A DNA stretch of 19,884 nucleotides, from positions 1-19,884 of the forward strand of contig CBDURU010000065.1 in NCBI GenBank assembly GCA_965369865.1, in the 5' to 3' direction. Of this stretch, positions 18,037-19,884 are shown one piece after another. The stretch's first letter is position 1; every line of letters starts with the position of its first letter. The notes under the pieces were generated by a model. That model had not been told where the DNA came from. It was given only the letters and a program-made list of their open reading frames with translations, and searched no databases. Position numbers and translations under genes: made by a program. Source of the DNA: an uncultured bacterium. Its GTDB lineage: Bacteria > JAJVIF01 > JAPKYR01.

Positions 18037-18735
18037 ATGACAAATCGAATACTGACAATTCTTTCAATCGCGGTACTGGCCTGGTTCATCGCTGTTCCTG
18101 CTTGGGCGACTGCCACCAGGTGTAATAATACTTACAACACTGATATCACTGACGAAGGCAACACTATACTTTACTTTTTCTGTGACTGGGGTTCTGGCAA
18201 GTACGATGACGGCCATTTCTTTGGTATCAGCTATGGTCTCATGGACTGGGTGGAGATCGGGGGTACTTACCGGTTAACCGAAAATAGCGATTTCCAGTCT
18301 GATCCATTCTTTGACATTAAAGTCCGCTATGGTTTTTCAAACTGTGATGACCCAGACTCCGACTGGGGTCATTCCGGGGCTATCGCTTTCGGGCTTGACA
18401 ACATCACGGGTAATGAGGACGAAAATGGCAGCATGATTCCTTATATCGCTTACACCCACCTGTGGTCCGGTGACTTCCGCGGACATGCCGGATACTCCCT
18501 GGAAGATAACAATACCGGTTTATTTTTCGGCTTCGATACCGTTGCCGGTGATGCAAATCTAAAATGGGACTGGATGCAGACAAACGATGGCAGTGACTGG
18601 ATCACTGCGTTCGGGTTCGATATCCCCGTTACGATCTTCGATACCGATCTCGGGTTCTGTACTTTTCTTACATTCCCGTCCAACGATAACGAGAGCGAAG
18701 TCTGGTACGTTGAGTTCACTTACGAATTCGACTAA
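18037..18735 (+). CDS. Probable small outer membrane beta-barrel protein
   Basis: Signal peptide ending AWA, amphipathic beta-strands (ISYGLMDWVEIG, IAFGLDNI) and C-terminal YVEFTYEFD. RBS AAGGAG. Confidence 0.7.
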   Translation: MTNRILTILSIAVLAWFIAVPAWATATRCNNTYNTDITDEGNTILYFFCDWGSGKYDDGHFFGISYGLMDWVEIGGTYRLTENSDFQSDPFFDIKVRYGFSNCDDPDSDWGHSGAIAFGLDNITGNEDENGSMIPYIAYTHLWSGDFRGHAGYSLEDNNTGLFFGFDTVAGDANLKWDWMQTNDGSDWITAFGFDIPVTIFDTDLGFCTFLTFPSNDNESEVWYVEFTYEFD

Positions 18736-18758
18736 ATAAAATTCAATTGTAATTTACG

Positions 18759-18791
18759 AAACGGGAGCCGTCAGGCTCCCGTTTTTGTTTT
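18759..18791 (+). terminator. Rho-independent terminator
   Basis: AAACGGGAGCC-GTCA-GGCTCCCGTTT followed by TTGTTTT, 23 nt after the stop codon. Confidence 0.9.
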
Positions 18792-18919
18792 GTATTTCAG
18801 GGCTACCAGCCCCGATGAAAATACTCCTGACTGGATTTATATCAGGTATTAACCATTTTTAGCCACTACGGATTAATTTACAGGTTTCCGGATGATTATG
18901 ATTAAAGTGAGAAATGAAA

Positions 18920-19013
18920 AAACCGTAGAACAGCACGGCAGTGCGTCGAATGGCAGTGCGTCGAATGGATTGTTTTAAGGTGGAAGACGCACTGCCGTGC
19001 TGTTCTACGGTTT
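18920..19013. repeat. Family A REP doublet (REPIN-like)
   Basis: Perfect 28-bp inverted repeat (18920-18947 / 18986-19013) with an internal 15-bp tandem duplication GGCAGTGCGTCGAAT (18937-18951, 18952-18966). Confidence 0.9.
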
Positions 19014-19101
19014 GTCGTTTTTTCGATGGCTAAAATTGATTAATTTTCCTATATATCATGAGCCGTGCTTGCTTAGAATCAGGTTTCAACATTAAAACCC
19101 T

Positions 19102-19130
19102 TTGACCTTCCATAAATCCTCAAGTACGAT
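19102..19130 (+). promoter_or_regulatory. Sigma70-type promoter, probably giving a leaderless or near-leaderless HAD mRNA
   Basis: TTGACC, 17-nt spacer, TACGAT, 8 nt before GTG 19139; no Shine-Dalgarno. Confidence 0.6.
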
Positions 19131-19138
19131 TCACCATC

Positions 19139-19810
19139 GTGTCACTAAAATCACTCTACAAACTGATCTTCCTCGACAACGACGGCACCCTCAACACCGA
19201 ACGCTCGACCTGGGAATATTTCCACAGGCATCTCGGTACATGGGAATCAGTAGGAAAAGCTCTGGAAGAAGCTATCCTTCGCGACCGCACCCCGTATGAT
19301 GAGTTCGCGCGTCAAAGCGTGGCTTCCTGGAAAGGAATTCCGAAAAGTAAATTCATGGAGCGTCTCAGGACAATAAATATCCGCGACGGTGCCCTGGAGG
19401 TCATCAGCGCAATTAAAGATTCCGGGCTGAAAATCGCCGTTCTTTCAAGCGGGTTTTCGCTCTGGAAAGATATCTGGCGGGAAAGGGGGGTCGAGTGGGA
19501 TTATTACTACGCTAACGATCTGATTTTTGATAAGAATGATATCTCAACCGGCGAGATCGAGATGAAGGTTACCGACAATGTCCCTGGATTGGACAAGGGC
19601 ACACTGGTTGGTAAGATTCAGAAACTCGAGGGTTTAAAAAAAGAAGAAACGATCTTCATCGGAGATGGCTGGGGCGATGTAACAGGTTTCAAAAAATGCG
19701 CTTTCGGAATCGCGATCGATCCAAACATGGACGAGGTAAAACAAGCCGCGAAGTATGTGCTTCGGGCTGATGAATTCCGTAAAGTGCTCGACATAATATT
19801 TGGGAATTAG
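19139..19810 (+). CDS. HAD-IB family phosphatase (phosphoserine phosphatase-like)
   Basis: Motif I FLDNDGTL, motif II LSSG, ANDL, motif III K (DKG), motif IV IGDGWGD. Confidence 0.88.
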   Translation: MSLKSLYKLIFLDNDGTLNTERSTWEYFHRHLGTWESVGKALEEAILRDRTPYDEFARQSVASWKGIPKSKFMERLRTINIRDGALEVISAIKDSGLKIAVLSSGFSLWKDIWRERGVEWDYYYANDLIFDKNDISTGEIEMKVTDNVPGLDKGTLVGKIQKLEGLKKEETIFIGDGWGDVTGFKKCAFGIAIDPNMDEVKQAAKYVLRADEFRKVLDIIFGN

Positions 19811-19829
19811 CATCCGGTTCATTCTTGTA

Positions 19830-19884
19830 ATAGGAAAAATTAATCATTTAAAGCCCTCGAAAAAACGACAAACCGTAGAACAGC
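19830..19884. repeat. Inverted copy of 18999-19052, running into a family A REP at the window edge
   Basis: The reverse complement matches 50/54 nt with one gap; the outer 28 nt are identical. Confidence 0.92.

Noticed and set aside
19139..19810. Assigning the symbol serB
   Set aside because: HAD-IB motifs are present but the substrate cannot be determined; motif I is DNDGT rather than the typical DxDST.

Overview
Bacterial chromosomal window, probably from a diderm Terrabacteria-type lineage (inferred from an SLH-anchored porin together with TolC and lipoproteins). It carries 13 credible CDSs: a FadF/GlpC-like membrane Fe-S oxidoreductase, PgeF/YfiH, a TolC / ABC ATPase / Yip1 / adaptor export cluster with no FtsX/MacB permease, an SBBP beta-propeller lipoprotein, an exported HEAT protein, a 998-aa lipoprotein with three PPC-like domains and a C-terminal zinc metalloprotease, a GT-C glycosyltransferase, an OmpM-like SLH-porin, a second beta-barrel and a HAD phosphatase. 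I saw no tRNA, rRNA, transposase or integrase. The unusual signal is non-coding. Three distinct REP-like palindromic families (here A, B and C) occur as tandems, inverted doublets and gene-flanking repeats. These include (i) a symmetric 253-bp element whose two hairpin arms each enclose exactly 75 nt of unrelated sequence, (ii) 109-bp direct repeats around the SBBP gene, nested inside a duplicated junction that contains the HEAT gene's stop codon, and (iii) inverted repeats of about 54 bp around the HAD gene and its promoter. Together they suggest repeat-mediated capture or shuffling of DNA, which is an inference and not demonstrated.
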